Assembly: GCA_048270185.1 (NCBI GenBank)
Contig: JBLWTJ010000001.1
Location: forward strand, 1,376,001-1,440,000
Direction: 5' to 3'
DNA: 64,000 nucleotides
Source: Bacteriovoracaceae bacterium
Lineage (GTDB): Bacteria > Bdellovibrionota > Bacteriovoracia > Bacteriovoracales > Bacteriovoracaceae
The notes beneath the pieces were generated by a model. The model ran no database searches and was not told where the DNA came from. It saw nothing but the letters and a program-made list of their open reading frames with translations. Positions 1-9,907 of this stretch are shown one piece after another. The position numbers and the translations under genes were made by a program. Position 1 is the stretch's first letter; every line of letters starts with the position of its first letter.

Positions 1-56
1 TTCATTTATTATTCGATGAGGTGGATAACACTTTTAAAGGAAGAAGGGTTATTTCC

Positions 57-308
57 ATGAAAACAGTAAATGAAAGATTAAATGCAAATAGTACAAAGAG
101 AATTATCAAGAAGTGCCATGTTTGTGGCCATATGCACGATACAGCAACTGAAGTTCAAAAATGTTCTAATTGTAAAAAATCATTCTTACCAACAAAATAC
201 TTTGATAAAGTTCATGCGAAAAATTCGGAAGACTTTAAGTTACTCTTCTCTAACGTATCCGAATTACATGAAGAAGATATGATTAAGGGCATAACTGTTA
301 TCTGGTAG
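57..308 (+). CDS. small zinc-ribbon-like protein
   Basis: CHVC...CSNC double CxxC motif; ATG at 57 after a purine-rich stretch (track ORF starts at GTG 21). Confidence 0.6.
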   Translation: MKTVNERLNANSTKRIIKKCHVCGHMHDTATEVQKCSNCKKSFLPTKYFDKVHAKNSEDFKLLFSNVSELHEEDMIKGITVIW

Positions 309-361
309 CCTCCTGTCGTCTTTAAGAGTAAGACAATATATATTTTCGATCCTATGTTAGC

Positions 362-2110
362 GTGATAACGTTAACTATGGAGAACACACAAACTCAGACA
401 CACAATCAAACACATAGCATCAATCTACACCCAGCAGTTCAAAGACTCTTCCAAAAGAGAGAAATGGGCCTTGAAGAAATTCAAGAGTTTCTTTCCTGGG
501 ATCTTAAAAGCTTGCCTAATTTTGCAAGCCTTATTGATATAGACGTAGCCGCAAATGAAATTATTAAGTCCATTGATAATGGAGAAAAAATTGCTATTTA
601 TGGTGACTATGATGTGGATGGAACAACTTCTTGTGCACTCTTTTATCAATTCTTTCAAAAATTAAATATTGAAGTGGACCTTATTCAACCATCACGTTTC
701 ATAGAAGGTTATGGCCTTCATAACTGCTCTATTGATCGTGCAGTAGAAGAAGGTATTGATCTTATGATCACAGTTGACTGTGGAATCTCAAATGTAGAGG
801 CAGCAGCTTATGCAAAAGAGAAAGGCCTAAAGCTTATTATCACAGACCACCACAAAGATGGCCGTGAAGTGATGCCTGATGCTGTTGCCGTTGTTAATCC
901 CTCAAGAAGAGATGAGCCAGCCGATTCAGATATAAAACCTCTTGCAGGAGTTGGCGTTGCATTTGCGATTTGTGTTGAAGTCAGAAAATACTTACTAGCG
1001 CGTGGCCAAGAAGTTGAATCAATTTACGATCTTCTTCAATATGTTGCTATCGGGACAATTTGTGACCTCGCTCCACTTACGCCAATGAATTTAAAATTAG
1101 TTCGCCATGGAATGAAGCTAATTAAGAATACTGAGTTTGAAGGAATCAAGGCTTTCTTTGATCCAACAGATCGTTCAAAAGATATTATCCCAAGCGAAAA
1201 ACTTTCATTTAATGTCGGGCCTCTAATTAACTCAAAAGGTCGCCTTGATCACCCTGAAATAGCTTTAAAGTTACTCATCTCAAAAGATTACAATGAGGCC
1301 AGAGAATATTATCAACAATTAGTGAATTGTAATAATGAGAGAAAGTTTATTCAAAAAGAAGTTTTTGAAGAAGCAAAAGAGCAAGTCATTGAAGAAATGA
1401 AAAGAAATGGTGAGCTTGATATTGCTATCGTTTACGCTCCACACTTTCATGAAGGCGTTATTGGAATTGTCGCTTCAAAGTTAGTTGAGACTTTTAAAGT
1501 TCCTGCCATCGTCTTTAGTGATGCTGAAGAAGAGGGAGTGATCAAAGCATCAGCACGCTCTGCTGGTGATCTTGATATCTACCATCTCTTAAATGAACAT
1601 CGTGATTTCTTCTTAAAGTTTGGAGGTCATAAGGCAGCTGCTGGACTTTCGATGAAGCAAGAAAATTTCGAAGTATTTAAACAGTCTATGAATGAGAAGC
1701 TTAAGGCCATTCCTCTTATTCAAAGAACAGTGCAAGACTTCTATGACTTAGAAATCACACCTGAAGAAATTGATCCGGCCTTACTTCGAGGACTTGATGC
1801 TCTTGAGCCTTTTGGTATGGGAAATCAAAAACCAATCTTTAAATTGAAAGGTGCAAAGCTTAAAAGTTTTGATCTTTTAAAAGATGTCCACGTTAGATGG
1901 AACTTCACTTCAATTAATAATCAAAAGATTAGTCTAAAAGGGATTAGCTTTAATTATATGAATAAGTGGGGAGCTCTAACTCCGAATGAAATCTATGAGC
2001 AACAAAATGATCCAAGTGTTGAACTTGATGTGTACTTCACACTTGCTCTAAATTATTTCAATGGTAATAAGTATATTCAGCTGATGGTTGAAAGAGTGGA
2101 CCTTAACTAA
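362..2110 (+). CDS. recJ: single-stranded-DNA-specific exonuclease RecJ
   Basis: DHH-family motifs YGDYDVDG, TVDCG, TDHH, GTICD, GGHKAAAG, LEPFGMGN; start may be ATG 377. Confidence 0.95.
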   Translation: MITLTMENTQTQTHNQTHSINLHPAVQRLFQKREMGLEEIQEFLSWDLKSLPNFASLIDIDVAANEIIKSIDNGEKIAIYGDYDVDGTTSCALFYQFFQKLNIEVDLIQPSRFIEGYGLHNCSIDRAVEEGIDLMITVDCGISNVEAAAYAKEKGLKLIITDHHKDGREVMPDAVAVVNPSRRDEPADSDIKPLAGVGVAFAICVEVRKYLLARGQEVESIYDLLQYVAIGTICDLAPLTPMNLKLVRHGMKLIKNTEFEGIKAFFDPTDRSKDIIPSEKLSFNVGPLINSKGRLDHPEIALKLLISKDYNEAREYYQQLVNCNNERKFIQKEVFEEAKEQVIEEMKRNGELDIAIVYAPHFHEGVIGIVASKLVETFKVPAIVFSDAEEEGVIKASARSAGDLDIYHLLNEHRDFFLKFGGHKAAAGLSMKQENFEVFKQSMNEKLKAIPLIQRTVQDFYDLEITPEEIDPALLRGLDALEPFGMGNQKPIFKLKGAKLKSFDLLKDVHVRWNFTSINNQKISLKGISFNYMNKWGALTPNEIYEQQNDPSVELDVYFTLALNYFNGNKYIQLMVERVDLN

Positions 2111-2120
2111 GGTCCACTTT
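2095..2120. terminator. hairpin terminator overlapping the recJ stop, between convergent genes
   Basis: AGTGGACCTTA-AC-TAAGGTCCACT inverted repeat followed by Ts. Confidence 0.6.
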
Positions 2121-2142
2121 AGATTGTTTATTATCTTTCGAT

Positions 2143-2679
2143 TTATCTTTCAATAGTAACTTTTTCCATCACGATATCGTGCATTGGGCGATCGTGCATT
2201 CCAGTGCGAACTTCACCGATCTTTTCAACTGTCTCCATTCCTTCAATTACTTTACCAAAAACAGTGTGACGTCCATCTAAGTGTGGAGTCGGCCCTAGTG
2301 TAATAAAGAATTGAGAACCGTTTGTTCCTGGACCAGCATTTGCCATTGAAAGTATTCCAGCACTTTCGTGGCGTAGCTCTGGACGACACTCATCTTCAAA
2401 CTTATAACCTGGTCCACCCATTCCAGAACCTTCAGGGCATCCACCCTGGATAACAAATCCAGCGATAACACGGTGGAAGATTAGCCCATCATAGTAAGGT
2501 CCCTCTTTTGCTGAAGTCTTCTGTCTTCCTTCTGCAAGGTTTACAAAATTCCATACAGTTTCAGGGCATTCCTTTGCATATAGTTCAACTTTAAAGTTAC
2601 CCATATTTGTTTCAAAGTTTGCGTATACACGATCTAATTCTTCTTTGTGTGAATCTTTCTTTGTTCCTAATCCGAACAT
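2143..2679 (-). CDS. cyclophilin-type peptidyl-prolyl cis-trans isomerase
   Basis: [41 protein letters not shown] motifs. Confidence 0.95.
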   Translation of the reverse strand: MFGLGTKKDSHKEELDRVYANFETNMGNFKVELYAKECPETVWNFVNLAEGRQKTSAKEGPYYDGLIFHRVIAGFVIQGGCPEGSGMGGPGYKFEDECRPELRHESAGILSMANAGPGTNGSQFFITLGPTPHLDGRHTVFGKVIEGMETVEKIGEVRTGMHDRPMHDIVMEKVTIER

Positions 2680-2688
2680 CTTTACTCC

Positions 2689-3432
2689 TTAATATTTTTT
2701 TAGTTGGTATTTTCCCTTAATAAATTCAGGTCTAATTGTGTGAGTGAAAACTTTTAAACTCTTAACACTCGATTGTAGGAAATCTTTTAAATAGAATGTT
2801 TCTTTTGAAGTTAAAGTTCCTTCAAGATTGTAATAAGTTAGGTACTGATAATCCACGAAGAAAGAACCTTCATAAACGACTCCCGCCTCTTTCATCTTAT
2901 CGATCATTTGAACCTTTGTTAAACAAGTTGAAAGAAAGACTGGTCTTCCTTGTAGCATTGCTTTTGTATTCATAAGTTTTTGAAGACGTGGAAGATTATT
3001 TAAGTAGCTATCAAGCCATATAATATTAACATTCTTATACTTTGGCTTTTTTAAATATCCACCGGTTGCTATAACATAATCATTTGCACTGAAGAATATT
3101 TGTTCGATTTCTTTAAGCGTTGGGCTTCTTTGCATATTCTGAGAGCGTTCGGCGTACATTCGATTAAAGGCCAGCTGAATTTGAGAAGCCATTTCATGAT
3201 CGATAGAAAAGCTGTTCATAAGATTTGCTATATTCAAATAGCGCATTTCACCCACACGCTTACACTCTCCAGCGCTTGAATAATTTCTCCACTCGGGAAT
3301 AATTGGCAACATATAAACGGCAGCACCAGAGTCGCGATAATATTCATCAGTCTGAACTCTTTGATACTCGCGATCTGTCACTGTTGTACAAGATATAGCG
3401 ACGAATAATGTTAATAATATATATAGTCTCAA
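2689..3432 (-). CDS. hypothetical lipoprotein
   Basis: 247-aa ORF with signal peptide and lipobox-like AISC. Confidence 0.7.
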   Translation of the reverse strand: MRLYILLTLFVAISCTTVTDREYQRVQTDEYYRDSGAAVYMLPIIPEWRNYSSAGECKRVGEMRYLNIANLMNSFSIDHEMASQIQLAFNRMYAERSQNMQRSPTLKEIEQIFFSANDYVIATGGYLKKPKYKNVNIIWLDSYLNNLPRLQKLMNTKAMLQGRPVFLSTCLTKVQMIDKMKEAGVVYEGSFFVDYQYLTYYNLEGTLTSKETFYLKDFLQSSVKSLKVFTHTIRPEFIKGKYQLKKY

Positions 3433-3448
3433 GTATTAACCTTCTTAA

Positions 3449-4522
3449 TTACTGCTTAGAAAAATATTTTAACATATCTTTCTCGATTTCATCTAATGTC
3501 ATCGAATTTAGTGAATAAAGGCCTTCTTCATCACTTCTTAAGCCTTTTAACTTCTCTGTCGCAAGCTCTAATCCCTGATCAACGCAAATGCGATCACATG
3601 AAAGAGTCTTTAATTGCTCACCACCACCAAGAAGATCACTTCCTTCAATAGTGACAAATAAGCCTTTACGGTCGAGTAGTTTATCAACAGATGAAACGAT
3701 TGCACTATTATAAATCATAAGCCTTGTAACTGGTTGTGGAGGCTGAGGAGTCTTGGCTTTAATATGTGGCTCAAGAGCACGCCAATCTCTGATGGCCCCT
3801 TCAAATTGAGCGATCTCTGCTTCAAATTGCTTGCGGTCTTCGGCCAGAAGACTTTGAAAGTTGGCGACTTCCTCTTTTAAGTTTGAAATATCAATATTTG
3901 AAAATGGAATCTCTTCACTTGTCACAATTTGAATAGTCTTTCTCAAGTCACTGAGAAAGCTTTCTTTAACTTTACCAAGAAGTTTTAGATTCTCTTCTCC
4001 CGTCCCGACGAGACACAAATTACGAGTTTCTAAAATAGCATCAAGTTGTTGATCATGACCTTTGTGATAAGAAATACGATCATCACTTGCTAGTGCAAGT
4101 TCATTAAGAGCATAAACTCTTGCTGCACCCATAGGGGCCGGCTTTGTTAATTCTGTTGAATAGCAGACAAAATCGAAATCCTCAAAAGACTCAATTGAGT
4201 TCTTAAGTGAGTCCAAAACATCTTTACCAAGTTTTTCAAAGATTTCAGGGTTATCTAATTTCTGTCTTTCTATTTCCGAAGTTGCATTGACTTTATAGAC
4301 CACGCGAAAAGTGTCGGCCATGCGAGAGCGATTTTTAAGATCTATTTCCGGAGCGAGAAATCTCTTATGAACACGAACAACTTCAACGTCTTTGAAATTG
4401 ATTCCTTCAAGACTTGATTCTTGGTTCATTTGACCAATTAACTTAACGTGGACACCGAGATCTTCAAAATGACGATAAGCCGCAATTGCGGCTTCATCAC
4501 TACCTAAAATAGCTATTTTCAT
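3449..4522 (-). CDS. hypothetical protein with degenerate FAD/NAD(P)-binding oxidoreductase-like fold
   Basis: N-terminal MKIAILGSDEAAIAA and internal LCLVGTGE resemble eroded Rossmann glycine motifs. Confidence 0.55.
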   Translation of the reverse strand: MKIAILGSDEAAIAAYRHFEDLGVHVKLIGQMNQESSLEGINFKDVEVVRVHKRFLAPEIDLKNRSRMADTFRVVYKVNATSEIERQKLDNPEIFEKLGKDVLDSLKNSIESFEDFDFVCYSTELTKPAPMGAARVYALNELALASDDRISYHKGHDQQLDAILETRNLCLVGTGEENLKLLGKVKESFLSDLRKTIQIVTSEEIPFSNIDISNLKEEVANFQSLLAEDRKQFEAEIAQFEGAIRDWRALEPHIKAKTPQPPQPVTRLMIYNSAIVSSVDKLLDRKGLFVTIEGSDLLGGGEQLKTLSCDRICVDQGLELATEKLKGLRSDEEGLYSLNSMTLDEIEKDMLKYFSKQ

Positions 4523-4558
4523 GGCCCGATATTATAAGTTTCAGGCCCTAATTGCAAT

Positions 4559-5020
4559 TTAAATGAAGAGTGACTTCATCTCGCCATTATCAACAACAGA
4601 GTACTCAGAGAAGGCGTAAATAAAGTTAATGAATTGCTCCATGGCCTTAAATGAATTCATTGATTTATCGAACTCACAACCATATTGCATATAAGTGATT
4701 CCATCAGCTCCCTGTGTCTTAGCACAGTGGCGAATATTTACGATTACAGGAATATAAGAACCTTTAGTAAAGTAGAACTTAAGCTTCAACTCACTACCTA
4801 ATTTCAGCTTGTTATCTGATTTTTCACTCCATGGAACATTGAATGAAAGTCCATCTTTAGAAATATCAACCATATTGATGGCATAAGAGTATCCGTCCGA
4901 CTCAATAACCGAATAAGCTCCCATAAAGTTATTAAAGCAAATACGCTCAAAGCTACGACGCTTCTTCTCGATATTTTCTTCTCTCTTTGCTTGGAAGTTG
5001 ATTACTTTATTATCTGACAT
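4559..5020 (-). CDS. PilZ domain protein
   Basis: RRSFER followed by DISKDG (RxxxR and DxSxxG motifs), later YGCEF. Confidence 0.8.
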   Translation of the reverse strand: MSDNKVINFQAKREENIEKKRRSFERICFNNFMGAYSVIESDGYSYAINMVDISKDGLSFNVPWSEKSDNKLKLGSELKLKFYFTKGSYIPVIVNIRHCAKTQGADGITYMQYGCEFDKSMNSFKAMEQFINFIYAFSEYSVVDNGEMKSLFI

Positions 5021-5056
5021 TTTTACCCCTTATTACATTCTTGGTTGCTGACTAAT

Positions 5057-5084
5057 CTATCGGCTAGCTCAGGGGTAAATTTGA
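5057..5084 (-). promoter_or_regulatory. sigma28 (FliA)-type promoter of the PilZ gene
   Basis: minus strand TCAAA-N15-GCCGATAG. Confidence 0.7.
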
Positions 5085-5153
5085 GGTTTTGATTGTTAAA
5101 ATTGGCCTCTAGGCAAGAAAATCCAATTATTAAAACACTTAGATTTCAATAAC

Positions 5154-6140
5154 TTAGTTGTATTTCTTCTTTTTTTGCCAAAAAGGAGTTGAAGATGTTT
5201 CAGAGTAAATTAATTGATAGCTATCAAGGCGAGAGTGAACCATGAGACCTTCTTCTGTTTCAGGGTCAAATTCTTCACTATAGAATGCACAGCCTTTATT
5301 TTCAGGTTCATGGGTACAATTGGAAAATTGGCATGAGCGGGAGATCTCTTTAAGGTCAGGAAAGTACTCAATAAGGTCATCTGGATCAATATCATCAAGA
5401 GAAAATGAACGAATACCAGGAGAATCAATTAAATAGAAATCTCCAAGATCCACAATTTCAGACCATGTCGTCGTATGGGACCCCTTCCCTATTTTTCCAA
5501 CTTGCTTTGTTTTAAGCTCAACTTCGCCATTGGAAAGGCATGAAATTGTCTGTGACTTCCCTACTCCAGATTGGCCAACAAAGAGTGCTGTCTTACCTTG
5601 TAAAGCATCCTTAAACTCTTGCATTCCACCTTTAAGGTATTGAGTTTCATAGTCCTTATCAAGAGCGCAGATTTCGAAATACTGGATACCAAGGCTCTTA
5701 AGTCTTAGAATTTCGTACTGTATATCAAATTCTTCAGGGTCGTAATTATCCATTTTATTGAAAACGATAATAGGCTCAACACCCCACTGAAAAGCTCTAA
5801 CAAGGAAACGATCAATGATTCCACGTTTAAACCTAGGGCGTGCAGCACTTGAGAGAATAACCAAGTAATCACAATTAGCGGCCGTTACTTTTCTCTTTGA
5901 TTCACGAACAAGGATTCGAAAGATTTCATTTTTGCGAGGCATGGCCTCTTTGATAATATACTCATTAGTTTCAGGGATAATCTCTAAATAAACATTATCG
6001 CCAACAACAAGTGTTTCACCCTTCTTAAGAAGATTCCCTAAAGCCGTTGCCTTAACCGTCTCCGGTGATCCTTCGATCAAACAATCAAACTCTCGTTGGT
6101 GAGAGCGGATAATTTTGGCCTTAATTGGAGTTTCTGACAT
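5154..6140 (-). CDS. rsgA: ribosome small subunit-dependent GTPase A
   Basis: circularly permuted GTPase motifs NKMD, GQSGVGKS, HTTT, DSPG; CQFSNCTH...C zinc site. Confidence 0.93.
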   Translation of the reverse strand: MSETPIKAKIIRSHQREFDCLIEGSPETVKATALGNLLKKGETLVVGDNVYLEIIPETNEYIIKEAMPRKNEIFRILVRESKRKVTAANCDYLVILSSAARPRFKRGIIDRFLVRAFQWGVEPIIVFNKMDNYDPEEFDIQYEILRLKSLGIQYFEICALDKDYETQYLKGGMQEFKDALQGKTALFVGQSGVGKSQTISCLSNGEVELKTKQVGKIGKGSHTTTWSEIVDLGDFYLIDSPGIRSFSLDDIDPDDLIEYFPDLKEISRSCQFSNCTHEPENKGCAFYSEEFDPETEEGLMVHSRLDSYQLIYSETSSTPFWQKKKKYN

Positions 6141-6203
6141 AGCTTCCTAGTGTGTAATCTTTCTATAGACCTTACCATCTCTTCAACATTTTTACATCTT
6201 ATA

Positions 6204-6232
6204 TTGACAAATCTGGCGGACACCATTATTTT
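6204..6232 (+). promoter_or_regulatory. sigma70-type promoter of the tRNA gene
   Basis: TTGACA-N17-TATTTT about 25 bp upstream of the tRNA. Confidence 0.65.
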
Positions 6233-6256
6233 AACTGAACACAAAGTCTAAGTCAC

Positions 6257-6333
6257 GCACTCGTAGCTCAGCTGGATAGAGCATCCGCCTTCTAAGCGGA
6301 CGGTCTCAGGTTCGAATCCTGACGAGTGCGCCA
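6257..6333 (+). tRNA. tRNA-Arg (anticodon TCT)
   Basis: cloverleaf: GCACTCG/CGAGTGC acceptor stem, anticodon arm TCCGC-CTTCTAA-GCGGA, TTCGAAT T-loop, encoded CCA. Confidence 0.97.
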
Positions 6334-6352
6334 TTTTCTACTTGGCTAATTC

Positions 6353-6994
6353 ATGAATAATCAATCATTAAAATTCACACTAATTATCGGCTCTTTCTGG
6401 ATCCTTGTGATGGGCTTTATCAACATCATCCTAAATCGTCAGATGGGATTTGATTACGATGCCGGTTGGTTGTTAATTTCCTCAGTTTATATCGTGAGTG
6501 CTTTTGGACTTAAGTACGCCTTAACTCCATCAAAAGTTAATAAGGATCTCTTTCTTTCAATTCTAAAAATCCTTGTTATCTTTTTAGTTATTACATCGGC
6601 CCTTGATTATCTCTTTCCCATTTCATTTCTTAAGAAATTAGAAATTAGAAATACAAAAATATTATTCCCACTTTTTCACTGGAATATTTCACTGACAAAG
6701 TCTGCTGATATTATTTTTCAGCAAGTTCTTATTAATATGTTAGTAGAATTCTATCTAACAAAGTACGATCGCAAGAAAAGTATAAAGTACTTTGGGATTT
6801 TCTTTGCAGTCCTACACTTACCTCTATTTTATCTTTTTGGACTACATGGACTCTACTTTATTATTCCTTCAATTGCAGGTGGATTGATCTTCGCCTACCT
6901 CATTACAAACTTTGAAAAAGGCCGTCTCCTATCTCTGAGCTGTCACTTCAGTTTCTATCTAGTCCTTGGAATATTTTTAAGATATTTTAGTTAA
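6353..6994 (+). CDS. polytopic membrane protein, CPBP (Abi/CAAX protease)-like
   Basis: multiple hydrophobic helices; FAVLH and late H motifs; the EExxxR motif appears replaced by ADIIFQ. Confidence 0.6.
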   Translation: MNNQSLKFTLIIGSFWILVMGFINIILNRQMGFDYDAGWLLISSVYIVSAFGLKYALTPSKVNKDLFLSILKILVIFLVITSALDYLFPISFLKKLEIRNTKILFPLFHWNISLTKSADIIFQQVLINMLVEFYLTKYDRKKSIKYFGIFFAVLHLPLFYLFGLHGLYFIIPSIAGGLIFAYLITNFEKGRLLSLSCHFSFYLVLGIFLRYFS

Positions 6995-7041
6995 GTTTGA
7001 CACCTAAGACACTGTAATTACTTTAATCGTCTTTTGACAGT

Positions 7042-7069
7042 TCAAGTAATTTTCTTAACTTTCCGATAG
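7042..7069 (+). promoter_or_regulatory. sigma28-type promoter
   Basis: TCAAG-N15-TCCGATAG directly upstream of the ORF at 7077. Confidence 0.55.
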
Positions 7070-7076
7070 GGATTAT

Positions 7077-7448
7077 ATGAGAAATATCCCGCTAGCACTA
7101 CTTTCAACTCTCCTTCTTACTTCATGTTTTCAAAGCTATAACATCGCTTATGACGTGGATTCGTGTGTAAAGGAAATTGATAATCGCTATGCTCACACGG
7201 GAAGAATGCCAAGCTCGATCTACCGAGTTGACGGTGTTGAAATGAATGAAAAGAGTAAAGAGCCAGAAATTAAAGTTAGCTCTTGGTCACATTCACAATG
7301 GTTCTATGAAGGTAAGAAACATCATTCTTATTTTGAGGATTCTAAATTATTCTCTTATCAATCAGTCGATTGCCCTAAGAAATTCGGCGAAGAGTATCGT
7401 CAGAAAAACCTAGGGATCGACAAGCGAATTAAAAAGATCGATATCTAA
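7077..7448 (+). CDS. hypothetical lipoprotein
   Basis: lipobox LTSC. Confidence 0.7.
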   Translation: MRNIPLALLSTLLLTSCFQSYNIAYDVDSCVKEIDNRYAHTGRMPSSIYRVDGVEMNEKSKEPEIKVSSWSHSQWFYEGKKHHSYFEDSKLFSYQSVDCPKKFGEEYRQKNLGIDKRIKKIDI

Positions 7449-7462
7449 TATTATTACTTCTT

Positions 7463-9781
7463 TTATTCAATCCTTTTTAGAAGTCTATCGTAAGCTGTTT
7501 TCTTATAGCGAACTGAAATAGCTTTCCAGATATCAACAGACTTATCTTCAATAATTTCGCCTTCAACTTCTTCTTTCATATTGGCAACAGCATCCGCATT
7601 GGCCGCAAATTCATTATTCTTCTTCATAGCATAAGCTTCAGCATCATCAGCACCGAAATCAAACTTAAACTTATCGGCCTTAGGTGTATTAATATTATTA
7701 ATACCCTCTCCACCTTTTGAATCAACTGCTAAACCTTTTGCATCGTCTTCGGCCTCACCAGATTTCGCATCACCGCTTTTACCCTGATCCATCAAGTATG
7801 GAAGTGCCGACATCAGGCCACCAGTTCTTTGATTGGCCGGAACTGATTTATTTAACTTTCCAAAATTCTTCCCAAGTGAAGCTAAACGATCTTGATTCTT
7901 TTTCTTTGTAAATTTAGATGATTTTTCAAGTAGCTTCTTCAATGCCCCTGCAGCCTTCTTATTTAAAGCATTAGCTGCTTTTCCAAGATTTTCAAAGTTT
8001 GCTTGAGTTGAAGGAGAAATTGAAGATGTATCTTGAATTCCATTTGAAGCATTTATTAATGAACCAGTAATTGAATCAGGAATCTTGAAACCAGCTCCGT
8101 TTAAACTATTAACTCCATCAACGATATACTTTTCAGCACTTGGACAAGCTTTAGATCCATTATTTGTAGCAATTTTTGGAAGGCCACCAATACATTCCAT
8201 TTCGGCCCCTAGTTTTGCTGCTTGGTAACCCGAAAAACGAGTAGTCTTCTTAGACATTGTTTTTGACTCAGTAGTAGTTACAGAACCAGCAGACTTAAAC
8301 TTCTTAATAATTGCATCAATTTTATCTATATTATCTTGGATCGTATCAGCTTCTTCTTTCTTTGCACTAGCAGATAAAAGAGCCGTTGCACCAAAGCCTC
8401 CCCATAACCATGCACGGTTGTTACTCGAAAGCATAAAGTTGGACATTCCCGCACCAACTGAAATCATATGTGGAGCAATTAACCCTACTAACACAGCAAG
8501 TGTATTTCCCATTGAGGCATGGGCCTTACCGAAAAATAGGTCTAAAACTTTTGCATAGAATCCAGCTTTAATCATTTTTGGAGTAAAGTTATTATCGCCA
8601 ACGATGGCGATCTGAGGATCTTGAGAACCTGTATCTTTCTTATTTAAACCTAAGTAAGCTGAACACTCTGTCACCATTGTCCCAAGAGCAGTATCAACTC
8701 TTCCTTTTTCAGTTGTCACAGTCATTAGCTGTGTCGAAGTTGCTCCCATTGAACTCGAAGTGTTTCTAGTACAAGCACCAATAGCAGCAATTCCTTTACC
8801 TTCTAACTTCAGACCACAAGCCTTTTCTTTTGTAGCTTCAGTCATCATTGCGGTAAGTAGTGATGGATAAACAGTTGAGGATGGAGCTGGAGTGCTCTTA
8901 ACAACTTCCATCTGTTCAATATTTGGAATAGAAATAGCACACTCAGCACCTTCTTTAACAATATCAGGAGCAATTTCAACTCCACATGCAGCAGCTGCTG
9001 CAGCAAGCTCAGTAGCTGCAAGCTGTACATTTCCTAATGAGAGCGTACAAAGCTGAGCAGCTGTTAAAGCAGTATTAGCATTAACGACAGCGAGAATTGA
9101 TGCTATTGCAAAAGCTGCACTAGCAGCATATTCAAACTTTGCCTTTTTCTCAGTTGTATCTTTTAATTCTTCAAGAGCAGACTTTTCTTCTTCAAGCATT
9201 TGCTTTTGAGAAATATCAACTTGTCCGTCTTCCCCTAGTCCTTCATATTCAATTTTAGATTTACGATCCTTAAAAGATTCAGTCTGACTAAAAGCAGACA
9301 TCAACTCATTCACAAGTAAGATACCACCAGCAACGGCAGCTACCATTACATCCCCAGGACGAGTTGGTTTAAAGTAAATCCAAATACGAGATAATACATA
9401 AGCAATTGCAAGCATAATAACTGGAGCCAAGACTTCGTTATTAAAGATTCCGAGAAGACCTCCGCCCCCTTCATCTTTTGTGTAAGTTCCACTCATCTCT
9501 TTTCTTTTTTCTCTAACATTAGCATTATCTGAATCTTGAGCATTTTGAAGTTCGAACTTTCCGTCACCCGACATTCTTTTACCATCATCACTAGTTTCTT
9601 CTTGGTTAGATCCACCAGCTCTTTCGTCCTCTCTTTCTTCACCATCTTGTTGAGACGCATAGGCTTGCTGTGCAGAGATATTCACTCGCGCTTGTTCGAC
9701 ATTGATGGCAACGTTGAGATTGATCATCGTAAAGACGATGGCCAAAGTGAAAAATTTGTTTAGTAAGCTTAAATGCTTCAT
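7463..9781 (-). CDS. large exported/membrane hypothetical protein
   Basis: 772 aa; signal-like N-terminus, several Ala/Gly-rich hydrophobic helices, Cys-rich middle, C-terminal IWKAISVRY. Confidence 0.75.
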   Translation of the reverse strand: MKHLSLLNKFFTLAIVFTMINLNVAINVEQARVNISAQQAYASQQDGEEREDERAGGSNQEETSDDGKRMSGDGKFELQNAQDSDNANVREKRKEMSGTYTKDEGGGGLLGIFNNEVLAPVIMLAIAYVLSRIWIYFKPTRPGDVMVAAVAGGILLVNELMSAFSQTESFKDRKSKIEYEGLGEDGQVDISQKQMLEEEKSALEELKDTTEKKAKFEYAASAAFAIASILAVVNANTALTAAQLCTLSLGNVQLAATELAAAAAACGVEIAPDIVKEGAECAISIPNIEQMEVVKSTPAPSSTVYPSLLTAMMTEATKEKACGLKLEGKGIAAIGACTRNTSSSMGATSTQLMTVTTEKGRVDTALGTMVTECSAYLGLNKKDTGSQDPQIAIVGDNNFTPKMIKAGFYAKVLDLFFGKAHASMGNTLAVLVGLIAPHMISVGAGMSNFMLSSNNRAWLWGGFGATALLSASAKKEEADTIQDNIDKIDAIIKKFKSAGSVTTTESKTMSKKTTRFSGYQAAKLGAEMECIGGLPKIATNNGSKACPSAEKYIVDGVNSLNGAGFKIPDSITGSLINASNGIQDTSSISPSTQANFENLGKAANALNKKAAGALKKLLEKSSKFTKKKNQDRLASLGKNFGKLNKSVPANQRTGGLMSALPYLMDQGKSGDAKSGEAEDDAKGLAVDSKGGEGINNINTPKADKFKFDFGADDAEAYAMKKNNEFAANADAVANMKEEVEGEIIEDKSVDIWKAISVRYKKTAYDRLLKRIE

Positions 9782-9907
9782 AGATCCCTCTTTATTTAAA
9801 TACTATTTTATTATAGTCGTAATAAGAGACCTAAAAAAGCCGGAATGAATGTATATATTCAATGATTTCAGGAGGATACAGTCATTCGTGACCGCCAATT
9901 ATTTGGG

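Noticed and set aside
6257..9900. Integrated island at tRNA-Arg
   Set aside because: No integrase and no duplicated tRNA 3' end (att site) found by eye
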